Notes: generated by a model not told the origin, from the letters alone. Positions 1-10,030 are shown, counted from the stretch's first letter. The stretch is 64,000 bases of DNA from Candidatus Latescibacterota bacterium (GCA_965215195.1 CBDCDC010000002.1:3552001-3616000), one strand, 5' to 3'. A program made the numbers and translations.

Positions 1-881
1 GCACCGAAAAACCGTTGGATTGATTCGTGAATAAGGTGGCCTTCGGCCCCCGGGCGGATGTGGTCTAAGCCCAATTGTTGCGCCTCCAGCACGGTTTCGT
101 ACAGGTGCCGCAGCAGCTTGGGTGCCGGCCCCTTGCAGACGGTCCGCGTCAGGTCTCCGTAGTAGCCGCTCGCCTCGTCGCGTGGAAAAACGTCGATGAT
201 GATGGTCTCACGGGTGCGCAAAGGTCCAAAGCCCACTTGGTGTGGGTCGCAGCCTTGGTCGCCTCCGGCGATGATGGTACGTTCGCCAATACTGTCGCAG
301 TCCATTAGGGTCTGATGCACCATGCGCCGCAACCGCTCTGAAGTGAGTACGTCGCCGTTGAGGAAGAGTATGCCATCGCGCACATCGGCTGCGCGCAGCC
401 CCTCAATCGCCGTTTGCATGCCCGCTTCGGCGGCCCGCATTGCCCGGCGCATGCCCTCAATCTCTACGGCGTCCTTGATCTTGCGCTGGGGAAAGAGCGG
501 CTCGGCCGCAATGGCGAGTTCGATGCCCTCCTCCCACAGAAAGTCGGCCGTACCAAGGGGAAAATCAGCGGGTACTTGCAGCTTCTCCAAGCCGAGGTCG
601 CGCAAAAGTTCCACCAAGACGGCTTTGCCGTTGGGCCGCTCCTCGCCCCTTTCCTTGAGCTGATTCTCGTACTGGGCATAAGGCAATACCCGGTTGACGC
701 AGGCTTGGTCGCGTGCGCGGTCGATTTCGAGCTTGTGGGCGAGCATGAGTTTTTCGCTGGGAGTCCACAGAAAGACAAAGGGATCGGGAGCGCGAAAGCG
801 GGTGGCGTAAAACAGATTGGCGCAGCGTTCGCTGCTGCCGATCATCAGCAGGGCATCGGCACCTTTTAGGTCGGGTGTCAT
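1..881 (-). CDS. Xaa-Pro aminopeptidase (M24 family), runs off the left edge
   Basis: Not in the ORF track. Manual translation from ATG at 881 gives MTPDLKGADALLMIGSSERCANLFYATRF...TIIAGGDQGCDPH...IIIDVFPRDEASGYYGDLTRTV, the M24 metal-ligand motifs. Confidence 0.85.
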   Translation of the reverse strand, partial: MTPDLKGADALLMIGSSERCANLFYATRFRAPDPFVFLWTPSEKLMLAHKLEIDRARDQACVNRVLPYAQYENQLKERGEERPNGKAVLVELLRDLGLEKLQVPADFPLGTADFLWEEGIELAIAAEPLFPQRKIKDAVEIEGMRRAMRAAEAGMQTAIEGLRAADVRDGILFLNGDVLTSERLRRMVHQTLMDCDSIGERTIIAGGDQGCDPHQVGFGPLRTRETIIIDVFPRDEASGYYGDLTRTVCKGPAPKLLRHLYETVLEAQQLGLDHIRPGAEGHLIHESIQRFFG

Positions 882-886
882 GGTTT

Positions 887-2362
887 TTACTCCGGGATAC
901 TCAGCGCCCGGACATCGATTCCGGTATCGGGCCGCCAAAACCAGAACAACGCAGACTGTCCCGTTTCCAGCCCGGAAACAAAGCGCACAAATTGCTCCAG
1001 CGAGGTAACGCGCTCCTGGTCCACTTCGGTGATCACGTCGCGTACTTGAATGCCTTTGTCCGCGGCCAGCCCCTCCGGCTCTACTTCAACTACCACCACT
1101 GGCTCCTCGCCTTGTTCAAAACCCAGTTCTGCGGCCAGTTCGCCGGCAAAGCCCAGCTCGGTAGCCAACTCGGCGGGCAAAGACTCAACTGAGAACCCTA
1201 GCTGTGCTAGCCGCTGATGCCCCTCGGAGAGGAGCCGGTCCTCTTCGCGCTCGCCGAGCACCACGGCGACTTGGTGGAGCTGGCTCTGACGCACGATTTG
1301 CAGGTTGACCGTCTCGCCCGGGTCGCGGCTGTAGATCAGCGTCTGTAGGTGGTTGAAGTGGTTCACCTCGATACCATTGAGCGACAGTATGACATCTCCG
1401 ACGAGCAGGCCACCGCGCTCGGCGGGGCTGTTGGGCTGCACTTCTTTGAGGCAAACGCCCCGCGGCCGCTCCATGTCGAGGCCGTGCTTGCGGATTAGCT
1501 CTTGAGTCATCTCAGATTCCATGGTCACGCCCAAATGGCCGCGTACGATCCGTCCGTGGACCAGCAGATCATCTACCACTTCGTGCGCTAGGTTTATCGG
1601 CACGGCCAGCCCGTAGCCGATGTAGTAACCAGTGCGCGTTGAAATGGCCGTGTTGATCCCTACAACTCTGCCCTGTAGGTCGAGTAGAGGGCCGCCGGAG
1701 TTGCCGGGGTTAATCACGGCATTGGTCTGGATGAAACTCTCGATAGCGTAGCGATTTTCACTACTGCGGTTGAAAATGCCTGTTTGGCGCCCTAGGGCAC
1801 TGACGATGCCGTGCGTCAGCGTTGACCCCATGCCCAAGGGATGCCCGATGGCCAACACCCAGTCGCCGATTTGCAAAAGGTCTGAGTCGGCCAACTGCAC
1901 AGTAGGCAGCCCCTGCGCCTCAACCTTGAGCAGGGCGATGTCAATCAGCGAGTCGAAGCCGATGATCTTAGCCTGATAGGTGCGGCGGTCAGAGAGGGTG
2001 ACTTGGATGGAGTCGGCACCGGCGACGACGTGGTAATTGCTCAGAATGTAGCCATCGTCGCTGACGATAGTACCCGATCCTATGCCGCGGAAGTCTTCGT
2101 CGGGGACTTCTGGGTGGAAGGGGGGCAATACGCGCTTCTGCCAAGGTCGGGCCGTCGCCGCGATTAGAACCACGGCCGGGCGCACTTGTTCATAAGCTCG
2201 GCGGAAAGCTCTGCTGAGATCTGCTAGTGGCTGGGTGCTCTCCACTGGCATTTGCGCCCCGGTCGGCCGGGCACTTGCGAACGACGCGGCAATAAAGATG
2301 CTCACCCACGGACGACAAGTGCTGAACAGAGCGGAGGCATTTAGCGAGTCTCGCCGCTTCAT
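887..2362 (-). CDS. HtrA/DegP-family serine protease with PDZ domains
   Basis: GSGTIV, SNYHVV, DIALLK and INPGNSGGPL motifs; two PDZ-like C-terminal regions; N-terminal signal. Confidence 0.93.
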   Translation of the reverse strand: MKRRDSLNASALFSTCRPWVSIFIAASFASARPTGAQMPVESTQPLADLSRAFRRAYEQVRPAVVLIAATARPWQKRVLPPFHPEVPDEDFRGIGSGTIVSDDGYILSNYHVVAGADSIQVTLSDRRTYQAKIIGFDSLIDIALLKVEAQGLPTVQLADSDLLQIGDWVLAIGHPLGMGSTLTHGIVSALGRQTGIFNRSSENRYAIESFIQTNAVINPGNSGGPLLDLQGRVVGINTAISTRTGYYIGYGLAVPINLAHEVVDDLLVHGRIVRGHLGVTMESEMTQELIRKHGLDMERPRGVCLKEVQPNSPAERGGLLVGDVILSLNGIEVNHFNHLQTLIYSRDPGETVNLQIVRQSQLHQVAVVLGEREEDRLLSEGHQRLAQLGFSVESLPAELATELGFAGELAAELGFEQGEEPVVVVEVEPEGLAADKGIQVRDVITEVDQERVTSLEQFVRFVSGLETGQSALFWFWRPDTGIDVRALSIPE

Positions 2363-3930
2363 CCGAGGTCGTATTCCTTCAATTTCCGGTAGAGGGTACG
2401 AGCACTAATGCCGAGGATTGCCGCCGCCTTCCGGCGATTGCCGCCGACGCGGTCGAGTGTCTGCTCGATGGCTTCCCTCTCCCGGTCTTTGAGTGTGGGC
2501 AAAGGCTCAATAGCTGCATTCTCGGGGATGCGTATTGCCGCGGGCTGGGGCTCTGCGGGATTGTATGGGGCACCCTCAACCGGGTAGATCGGTTGACTTG
2601 ATTCCTCTGGTGCTACCGGCTGAACGACCGCTGGTGCTACGGGAGGTGTAGAAGACGGCATCACGGGGGCATTGCGCTCAACCGTGGCTCTTAGTTCAGC
2701 GACCTCGCGCTTGAGATCCAAGAGAGCAAAGTAGATCAACTCGCGCTCGGATTGATCCGGCGTCTTGCTGGTTGGCACTGGCAAATGGCGCGTGGGCTGG
2801 ATCCTGAGGTGAGGCAACAAGTCTTCGGGTTCGACGAGGGCACGCGGGGCGAGGAAGACCAAGTGCTCAATTAGGTTGCGCAACTCGCGCACATTGCCAG
2901 GCCAAGCATAGCTTTGCAAAAGGTCAATCGCCGCAGCCGAGAATCCCTCTAGGCGGCTCTTGTTATCCTCGGTCAACTCGCCGATAAAGCGCTCGATCAA
3001 GAGGGGAATGTCCTCGGCCCGGCGGCGCAGCGGGGGAATGTCGAGCTCGACGACCTTGAGCCGATGGTAGAGGTCGAGGCGGAACTCGCGCTGGTCAACC
3101 GCCTTTTGTAGATCGCGATTGGTCGCGGCAATGACGCGAATGTTCACCGCGATAGACGCACTGCCGCCGATGCGGGTAACCTCGCGCTGTTCGAGGACCC
3201 GCAAGAGACGCACTTGCGCCGCCAGCGACATCTCGCCGATTTCGTCTAGAAAGACCGTTCCGCCGTTAGCTTGTTCAAAGAGGCCTCGGTACTGGGCGCG
3301 GGCGTCGGTGAAGGCCCCTTTCTCGTGCCCGAAGAGTTCGTTCTCCAACAGATTCTCCGGAATAGCACCGCAGTTGAGCGGACGGAAAGGATGTTCGCGC
3401 CGGCTGCTGTAGCGATGTATAGCTTCGGCAACTAGGTCCTTGCCCGCGCCGCTTTCGCCCGTCAGTAGAATAGAGGAAACCGGCGTCGGTGCCACGATTA
3501 AGATGCGTTCGCGCAATTGGCGCATTAAGGGCGACTGACCCACCAGCTCGGCCCCGTGCAAAAAATCCCCTCGCTCTAGCAACTGGTCCAGATGTTGGCG
3601 CAGGACTTCGGCCTTAAAGGGCACGGCGACTTGGTCTTTGAGAGGCGAGCCCCACAAAAGTCGGTCCCAGTTCTCGTCGGCATTGCCCAAGCCCAGTACG
3701 GGCACATCGCGATGCTGGTCGAGTGCGGCGACGCCCGCTGCTAGGACGGCGGGCGGGAGTTCCATATCAAAGGCGACCAGATCCACCCCGCGCCGCAGCA
3801 ACGGCCCAAGTGCATCGCCATTAGCCGCGTTGAGTACGCGCAACCGCACGTCGTGGAGCGCAGACTTGAACTCCGCTTCCAGCTCTGCTCGCTGGGTCAA
3901 GAGCAAAATGTGACTTTGAGTCGGGGCCAT
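2359..3930 (-). CDS. Sigma-54-dependent transcriptional activator with degenerate receiver-like N-terminus and Fis HTH
   Basis: GESGAGKD Walker A, GAFTDA, FLDEIGE, WPGNVREL, C-terminal LGISARTLYRKL. Start placed at ATG 3930 after GGGAG. Confidence 0.92.
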   Translation of the reverse strand: MAPTQSHILLLTQRAELEAEFKSALHDVRLRVLNAANGDALGPLLRRGVDLVAFDMELPPAVLAAGVAALDQHRDVPVLGLGNADENWDRLLWGSPLKDQVAVPFKAEVLRQHLDQLLERGDFLHGAELVGQSPLMRQLRERILIVAPTPVSSILLTGESGAGKDLVAEAIHRYSSRREHPFRPLNCGAIPENLLENELFGHEKGAFTDARAQYRGLFEQANGGTVFLDEIGEMSLAAQVRLLRVLEQREVTRIGGSASIAVNIRVIAATNRDLQKAVDQREFRLDLYHRLKVVELDIPPLRRRAEDIPLLIERFIGELTEDNKSRLEGFSAAAIDLLQSYAWPGNVRELRNLIEHLVFLAPRALVEPEDLLPHLRIQPTRHLPVPTSKTPDQSERELIYFALLDLKREVAELRATVERNAPVMPSSTPPVAPAVVQPVAPEESSQPIYPVEGAPYNPAEPQPAAIRIPENAAIEPLPTLKDREREAIEQTLDRVGGNRRKAAAILGISARTLYRKLKEYDLG

Positions 3931-3952
3931 GGTACTCCCTGCTGGCGTCGCC

Positions 3953-6900
3953 TCAGTTGAGGGTTTCCAGCTTGTGGCGCAGGGTCTCAATCCGCTCGCG
4001 GGCTAGCTGCCCCTGTGGACTCTGGCCCCCTTCGCGACGAGCGATGCGCTCGTAGATGGTCATGGCTGTGGCGTGTTCGCCCAGCGATTCGTGGCAGCGG
4101 CCGCGCTGGAAATCCGCCGAGGTAATCCACATGCTGAGTCCTTCGGCGCCGTGGTAGCTGACTTTGTAATAGGCTTGGATAGCCTTGCGGTACTCGCCCA
4201 TGTTCTGATAGGATTCGCCGATGTAAAACCGGGCTTCGGAAGCGTCGTTGCCATTGAGTAGCTGTTGGGAGAGCAATTCATCTAGCTGTTCAATGGCTTG
4301 GGCGTATTGGCCCTTACTCTTGAGGATGATACCCAGTTCGAGTTGGACCTCGATGGCTTTGGGGTGCTCGGGGTACTGGCTCAGTAGCTGATTGGCCACT
4401 TGGTGAGCGGCCTCGTACTCGTGGGCACTTTGGTAGCTCTTGAGGAGCTTCCACATCGCATCTTGGGCCTGTTCGCGACTGACTTCTGGCGCATCTAAGG
4501 CGTGCTTGTAGGCTCCTGCCGCTTGCAGAAAGTTGTGCAGCGAAAAGTGGTAGTCGCCTAGGCGCAAGTAGGCGTCAGCTACTTGGGGACTCGTCGGATA
4601 TTCCCGCACAAAGCGCGATATGGCTTCCAACGCGTACGCCGCCCCTTCCTCGCTGGGCGTCACCTTGTTGCGCTTCCACAAGGTCACGGCCATCCAATAG
4701 GCCCCGTCGTCAGCCCACTTACCTCCTTGCTTTTCCACCGCTTGAAACAGCTCGTGAGCCTTCTTGTAGTTACCAGCCTGCAAATAGTATTTCCCCTCTT
4801 CGACCCGGAAGTGTTGACGCCACTCCGTCTCCTCCTTGAACCGCTTGGCAAAGCGCTTGGCTGCTTTGCGCCCCTCCTCTATGCGCTTGAGTCGGAACAG
4901 GGCGAGGATAGCTTGTCCGTGGATCAGGGTATCCTCGCTTTGCTCCAGCAAGGGCTGATATAGCTGGTAGGCTTGTTTGTATTGCTGTCGGGCAAAGGCG
5001 ATGTGGCCGGCCCGCGCCGAGGCTTCGGCCGCCAATCCGCCGGATGCAAACTCTCGGCCGACCTTGCGGAAGAGCCGAGATGCTTTGTCTTCTCGACCTA
5101 ACCTCAGTTGCAATACCGCTTGGGCAAAGTAAATGCTGTCTAGCCCTGCCGGGTTTGGTTCTTCGGCGAGTATTTGCCGATAGGTCTCCATGGCCTCGCC
5201 ATAGCGGTTGAGGTGGTGGTAAGCGCGGCCGATTCGTCGGAGGATCGGCCCTTTGTCGTCGGTGATCGTCGAGCTGGAGACCAGCGGTTGGTACAGCTCA
5301 ATGGCAGCGGCGTATTGACCGAGCTGAAAATAGATGTCGCCCAACAGTTTCTGGGCGGCGCGGCGCTGGGGAAAGGCCGGGTAGCCCCAGCGCAATTCTT
5401 GCAGTCGGGCGATGGCTTCTTGGGGCCGCTCCTGCGCCAAGCGAATATGGCCCAACTCAAAGAGCACCGGTGCCGTCAGCGGACTGTCGGGGTAGTCTTG
5501 CAGGACGCGACTGAGCAAGTCGGCCGCTGCTTGGTGTTGGCCTTTTTGCACTAGGCAAAGACTCTTGCCGTACAGGGCGCGGGGTACGAGCGGACTATCA
5601 GAAGAAAGCTGGCGGAGTTGGTCGTAGGCCGCAATGGCCCCGTCGATCCAAGTGGTATCGGTCGCCCCGAGCTGGCGGCGGGCATCGCCTAGCTGCAAAA
5701 GGGCTTGGTCTAGGTGGGCCCCTCGGCTCTCGGAAAATTCGGCGACGAAAGCGGCAATCCCCTCTTCGAGATTTGATAACCGCAGCGAATCGGGGCTGTC
5801 CTCGGCTTCGATTTTAATGAGGCTAAGTCGTGCGCGCCGGACCCATGTGCTGTCGGCGGGAGATTGCTCGGCGAGGCTGTCAGTGGAAGACCGCTCGGCG
5901 AGAATGCGGTATTCTCGCCGAGCAAGGGTCCGCAGCGAGTCTGCGCTGGCAGGCTGCGCCTCTAGCTGGCGTTGGCGGGCGAGCCGGAGCAGGCTTTCGG
6001 CCAGAAAGTACTGTGCTTCGTTGTTGTAGTGGTCGTCTGGATAGACCGTGGTGTAGTGTTTGAAGGATTGGGCGGCCGCTACAAAATCGTGGTGCGAGAA
6101 AAGCACCCGGGCGACATCTAGCTGCACTAGCTGGCGCGACTTGCCGCTCAACTCGTCGATCCAGGATTTTTGTAAGGCTTGGTTGAGGCCGGCCGGGTCT
6201 AAGACGGTGAATTCGCGCAAATACTCGATTCGCTGGCGCACCTCCTCGCTCTGGCGGTCGGCGGGGAAGAGTTCGAGGAAAGCCACGTATTCGCGCAGTG
6301 CCGTGCGCGGCTGTCCACTTTGCTCAAAGGTTTGGGCGAGGGCGAATTGCGCTTTGGTTGCTACCTCGTCCCGACCCGAAGCTAGCTGGCGATAGAGAGC
6401 GATGGCTTCTTCGTAGTAGCCGGTTGAGGCATAGAGTGCGGCGAGCTCGAAGCGCACGGCGTCGGCGTCGGAAGCCGTATCGGCTTCCCGCAGGTAGCGG
6501 CGATACCAAGTTATCGCGCGGCTGTGGTCTCCACGCTGCTTGTAGAGGACGCCCAGTTCCCTCAGAGCACTGATGGCTTCGGGGCTGGTCACGCCAAGGC
6601 GCGGTGAAGCGCCGGTCTGGATCAACCCTTGAAACAGACCTACCGCGAGGGCGAATTGTCCGGCTTGGCCTAAAGCGATGGCTCGGCCTAGCTGCGCCTT
6701 GAGGTAAGCAGGGTGTCCGGGTTGGAGCATGGTGCTTAGCTCGTTGTAGTGGGCGATGGCTTTGCGCGTCTGATGACTCTGGCGGCGGGCATCAGCTAGT
6801 CCTAGGAGCGCGTGTTCTTTGAGGGAGCGGTCGTCAATTTTCTTAAACGCCCGCTGATAGGCGTCCCCAGCTTGGCTAAAGAGGCTCGATCCATAGAGAT

Positions 6901-7663
6901 AGTCTGCGCGATCTAGATAGGCGCTGTCGGTCTGCGCTGCCGCGGGAAAGCGGCGCTCCAGCGATTTGAACCGCTTCTCAGCGATTTCTCTGTTGCCCAT
7001 AAAGAGTGCAATGCGCCCGCCGAGGAGCAGGGCGCTAGGGGCTTCTGGCGGCGGCGGTGTAGTGGCGGCGATTTGCCCGAGTAGCTGTTGGGCTTCTTCG
7101 GCCCGACCAGCGGCAAAGCGCAACTGAGCCAGCCGGTAGCGCGCCAAATGCACTTGGGCAGAAGTCGCGTAGTCGGTCAACAGACGTCCATAAGCCGCTT
7201 CGGCTTGCTGCAAATTTTCGGCGCGGGTATAATTAGCCGCTGCGTCAATCAGGGCACTGGCGGCGAATTTGCTGGCACTGAAACGACGCTGCACCTCTTC
7301 GTATGAGCGGGCAGCCAGCAGGTATTGACCTTGCTCGGCCAAACAAGCCGCTCGCTCGCGCCGTGCGTCGGCCGTGTTCAAGTGATCGGGATGTTCGAGA
7401 TAAAACGTCTCGTAGGCCGGTGCCGCTAGGTCGCAACGGCCGCTCTGGCGGTACGCATGCGCCAGCATCAACCGGGCTTCGGCCAGTTGCGGATTATCGG
7501 GATAGTTGCGAATAAACTCGGCGAATAGCGCGGCGGCCGTGGCATAGTCGCCGGCGTCCCGGAAGAGATTGCGGGCTAGTTTGAAGTCGTCCTCTGCGCT
7601 CGTTTGCGCCCAGCTCTGGGTGCTTAGGCAGAGGAGAAGCACTAATATCAACTTTGGGAACAT
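3953..7663 (-). CDS. Large exported tetratricopeptide-repeat protein (BamD/CpoB-like repeats)
   Basis: Signal peptide MFPKLILVLLLCLSTQSWA; many TPR units ending in yP.s motifs. Confidence 0.85.
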   Translation of the reverse strand: MFPKLILVLLLCLSTQSWAQTSAEDDFKLARNLFRDAGDYATAAALFAEFIRNYPDNPQLAEARLMLAHAYRQSGRCDLAAPAYETFYLEHPDHLNTADARRERAACLAEQGQYLLAARSYEEVQRRFSASKFAASALIDAAANYTRAENLQQAEAAYGRLLTDYATSAQVHLARYRLAQLRFAAGRAEEAQQLLGQIAATTPPPPEAPSALLLGGRIALFMGNREIAEKRFKSLERRFPAAAQTDSAYLDRADYLYGSSLFSQAGDAYQRAFKKIDDRSLKEHALLGLADARRQSHQTRKAIAHYNELSTMLQPGHPAYLKAQLGRAIALGQAGQFALAVGLFQGLIQTGASPRLGVTSPEAISALRELGVLYKQRGDHSRAITWYRRYLREADTASDADAVRFELAALYASTGYYEEAIALYRQLASGRDEVATKAQFALAQTFEQSGQPRTALREYVAFLELFPADRQSEEVRQRIEYLREFTVLDPAGLNQALQKSWIDELSGKSRQLVQLDVARVLFSHHDFVAAAQSFKHYTTVYPDDHYNNEAQYFLAESLLRLARQRQLEAQPASADSLRTLARREYRILAERSSTDSLAEQSPADSTWVRRARLSLIKIEAEDSPDSLRLSNLEEGIAAFVAEFSESRGAHLDQALLQLGDARRQLGATDTTWIDGAIAAYDQLRQLSSDSPLVPRALYGKSLCLVQKGQHQAAADLLSRVLQDYPDSPLTAPVLFELGHIRLAQERPQEAIARLQELRWGYPAFPQRRAAQKLLGDIYFQLGQYAAAIELYQPLVSSSTITDDKGPILRRIGRAYHHLNRYGEAMETYRQILAEEPNPAGLDSIYFAQAVLQLRLGREDKASRLFRKVGREFASGGLAAEASARAGHIAFARQQYKQAYQLYQPLLEQSEDTLIHGQAILALFRLKRIEEGRKAAKRFAKRFKEETEWRQHFRVEEGKYYLQAGNYKKAHELFQAVEKQGGKWADDGAYWMAVTLWKRNKVTPSEEGAAYALEAISRFVREYPTSPQVADAYLRLGDYHFSLHNFLQAAGAYKHALDAPEVSREQAQDAMWKLLKSYQSAHEYEAAHQVANQLLSQYPEHPKAIEVQLELGIILKSKGQYAQAIEQLDELLSQQLLNGNDASEARFYIGESYQNMGEYRKAIQAYYKVSYHGAEGLSMWITSADFQRGRCHESLGEHATAMTIYERIARREGGQSPQGQLARERIETLRHKLETLN

Positions 7664-7698
7664 ATCAATTCTCAAGTGTATGCCAATCTGACACTTAA

Positions 7699-7727
7699 TA
7701 TATAATTGTACAGTAAAATGCGGTCAA
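7699..7727 (-). promoter_or_regulatory. Putative sigma-70 promoter for the TPR operon
   Basis: Minus strand TTGACC-N17-TATATA in the AT-rich divergent gap. Confidence 0.4.
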
Positions 7728-7738
7728 GGTTTGCAGCG

Positions 7739-8596
7739 ATGGAGGGTCTGCTAGTCGAAAAAGCATACGCAAAAATAAACTTAGGGCTTAAGGTCCTCGG
7801 CCGCCGCCCCGATGGCTATCACGAGATCCTCAGCGTGGCCCAATGCGTGGATTTAGCGGACGTCTTGTACTTTGAATTCGCTTCCTCCGATCAGTTGACC
7901 TGTAGCCTCGATAGCCTATCGGTGGGGCCGGATAACTTGGTGCGCCGCGCAGTTGATGCCTTTCGCGCTCAACTCGACCGCCCGGCCCAATCGTTCCGCA
8001 TCCACCTAGAAAAGAACATACCCATAGGCGCGGGCCTAGGCGGGGGTAGTGCCGACGCGGCCGCAGCCCTGCGAGCGCTCAATCGCTTGTACGACCAGCC
8101 ATTCTCGAACGCAGACCTCCGCCAGATCGCCGCCACCCTTGGCTCGGACATTCCCTTTCTAGTGGAAGGCGGCACCGCCCTACTAAGAGGCCGGGGCGAG
8201 ATACTCGAAGAGCTGAACTGGGAGGGCGCGGTCTTTTACGTACTGGCGTTCCCCGAGGTCGAAGTCAGCACGGCGTGGGCTTATGAGCAACTCGGCTCCA
8301 TCTTGACAGAAAGTACTCCCTATTTTAACTTTACTGCTTCCCTGAGCGGCGGGTGCATTGACCACGACAGGTTATTTGAAGTGCTGGAGAACGACTTCAC
8401 GCCCGCGGTAGATCGCACCTATCCCATCGTCGCAGACCTTCGTTCTCAACTGGACCGAGTTGGTGCTCGCGCCACGTCAATGTCGGGCAGCGGCTCCACT
8501 GTTTACGGCATCTTCGACGACCGGAAGACCGCCTCTCAGGTGCAGAGCGCACTGCAAAGGCAAGGTTGCCGGTCTTTTTTATGCCAGCCGGTCTAG
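7739..8596 (+). CDS. ispE: 4-diphosphocytidyl-2-C-methyl-D-erythritol kinase
   Basis: AKINLGL, KNIPIGAGLGGGSADAA, LGSDIPF, LENDF, MSGSGS; adjacent to tRNA-Gln. Confidence 0.96.
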   Translation: MEGLLVEKAYAKINLGLKVLGRRPDGYHEILSVAQCVDLADVLYFEFASSDQLTCSLDSLSVGPDNLVRRAVDAFRAQLDRPAQSFRIHLEKNIPIGAGLGGGSADAAAALRALNRLYDQPFSNADLRQIAATLGSDIPFLVEGGTALLRGRGEILEELNWEGAVFYVLAFPEVEVSTAWAYEQLGSILTESTPYFNFTASLSGGCIDHDRLFEVLENDFTPAVDRTYPIVADLRSQLDRVGARATSMSGSGSTVYGIFDDRKTASQVQSALQRQGCRSFLCQPV

Positions 8597-8626
8597 CTCG
8601 GGGCAGTGCGAGGCATAGACATAGGT

Positions 8627-8701
8627 AGCCCGGTCGTTCAACTGGTAGGACAACGGATTTTGGTTCCGTTTATCGAGGTTCGAGTCCTCGCCGGGCTGCC
8701 A
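8627..8701 (+). tRNA. tRNA-Gln(TTG)
   Basis: Acceptor AGCCCGG/CCGGGCT, anticodon arm ACGGA-TTTTGGT-TCCGT, T arm CGAGG-TTCGAGT-CCTCG, encoded GCCA. Confidence 0.95.
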
Positions 8702-8746
8702 TTATGCCATTGATATTTGATCGAGTTTTTTTGAGGAGATGTTCCG

Positions 8747-9436
8747 ATGCCACAAGTTCCACTACAAATCCAAGTGCGCGAGCAGGTCGCGCTCAAAGTC
8801 CAGTCCCGCCGGGAGCAGGGCAAGGGTCCGGTGGGCCAAATGCGTCGCCTGCAAGGCCAGTTGCCCGGGGTGATCTACGGTCACAGTCAGCCCGCTGAGG
8901 CCTTCAAGACGGATGCCCATGGCTTGGAGCGCATTCTGAGCAAGGGGGGGCAAAACGCGATCATCTTGGTTGAGCACGAAGAGTCCGGCAGAGTCCCTGA
9001 GCAGGCCCTGATCCGCGACATCCAATACCACAAGGTCCGCGGCCATGTGTTGCACTTAGACCTCTTGCGCATCGATCCGGGCGAGACGCTGCGCGCCAGT
9101 GTCCCGCTCCTGACTGAAGGGGTGCCCGAAGGCGTCCGCAACGAGGGCGGGGCCTTGCAGCAGACGCTGACCTCAATCGAAATGGAATGCGTCGTTTCGG
9201 AAATGCCCGCCGCGATGGTGATCGACATCTCTTCGCTGGTCATCGGCGATAGCCTGCACGTGAGCGACCTCCTCGAACAAGAGCCGCGCATTACCACCGA
9301 CTCGGCCCGCACGATTGTCAATATCTTGGCCCCGCGCTTGGTCGCAGCCGAGGCAGAAGCCGAGGAGACCGAAGTTCCCGAGGGTGAAGGAGAGGCAGTC
9401 GAAGGCGGCGAGGATCGCGAAGGTGGCGAAGAGTAG
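8747..9436 (+). CDS. rplY: 50S ribosomal protein L25/Ctc
   Basis: R..GQLPGVIYG, IQYH..RGHVLHLDL, GV..EGG, IGDSLHVSDL, acidic tail. Confidence 0.95.
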   Translation: MPQVPLQIQVREQVALKVQSRREQGKGPVGQMRRLQGQLPGVIYGHSQPAEAFKTDAHGLERILSKGGQNAIILVEHEESGRVPEQALIRDIQYHKVRGHVLHLDLLRIDPGETLRASVPLLTEGVPEGVRNEGGALQQTLTSIEMECVVSEMPAAMVIDISSLVIGDSLHVSDLLEQEPRITTDSARTIVNILAPRLVAAEAEAEETEVPEGEGEAVEGGEDREGGEE

Positions 9437-9438
9437 GT

Positions 9439-9996
9439 TTGCAAGTAGCCTTGGGTCTGGGTAATCCCGGTGTGCGCTACGCGGCGACGCGGCACAACAT
9501 AGGCTTTATGATGGTAGATCACCTAGCGGCCCGCTGTGGTGTTGACTGGCAGCATCAAGCAGACGTACAGGGCCAAGTTGTCCGAGTAGTGCTGGGCGGT
9601 CGAGAAGTGCTATTGGCCAAGCCCCAGACCTATATGAACCACAGCGGCCGGACCGCCGCGGCCCTTTGCGCCCAATGGGAGGTGCTTCCCGAAGACGTAC
9701 TGGTCATCTTCGACGACTTCCTCCTCGACTTCGGACGCCTGCGCTTTCGCCGCGGCGGGAGTGATGGCGGGCACAATGGTTTGGCTTCGGTACTCGAAGC
9801 GCTCAACACTGAGGCTGTACCGCGCCTGCGTCTAGGAATCGGTATCCCACCCGCAGGTGCTGACATCATCGACTACGTACTGGATCCGTTTTCCCCAGAG
9901 GACGAGGTAGAAAACTTGATTGAGCGCGGGAATGCGGCGCTCGAAATGTACTACGCCGAAGGCATTGAGGCGACCATGAACAGGTTCAATGGTTAA
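9439..9996 (+). CDS. pth: Peptidyl-tRNA hydrolase
   Basis: GLGNPG..YAATRHNIGF, KPQTYMN, GGHNGL, RLRLGIG. Confidence 0.96.
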   Translation: MQVALGLGNPGVRYAATRHNIGFMMVDHLAARCGVDWQHQADVQGQVVRVVLGGREVLLAKPQTYMNHSGRTAAALCAQWEVLPEDVLVIFDDFLLDFGRLRFRRGGSDGGHNGLASVLEALNTEAVPRLRLGIGIPPAGADIIDYVLDPFSPEDEVENLIERGNAALEMYYAEGIEATMNRFNG

Positions 9997-10030
9997 AAGT
10001 AAAGGAGCCGAGGGAGGGTTATAAACGCAT

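Noticed and set aside
7670-7686. Sigma-54 promoter-like TTGGCATACACTTGAG on the minus strand
   Set aside because: It lacks the GC at -12 with GG-N10-GC spacing and is too close to the start codon.
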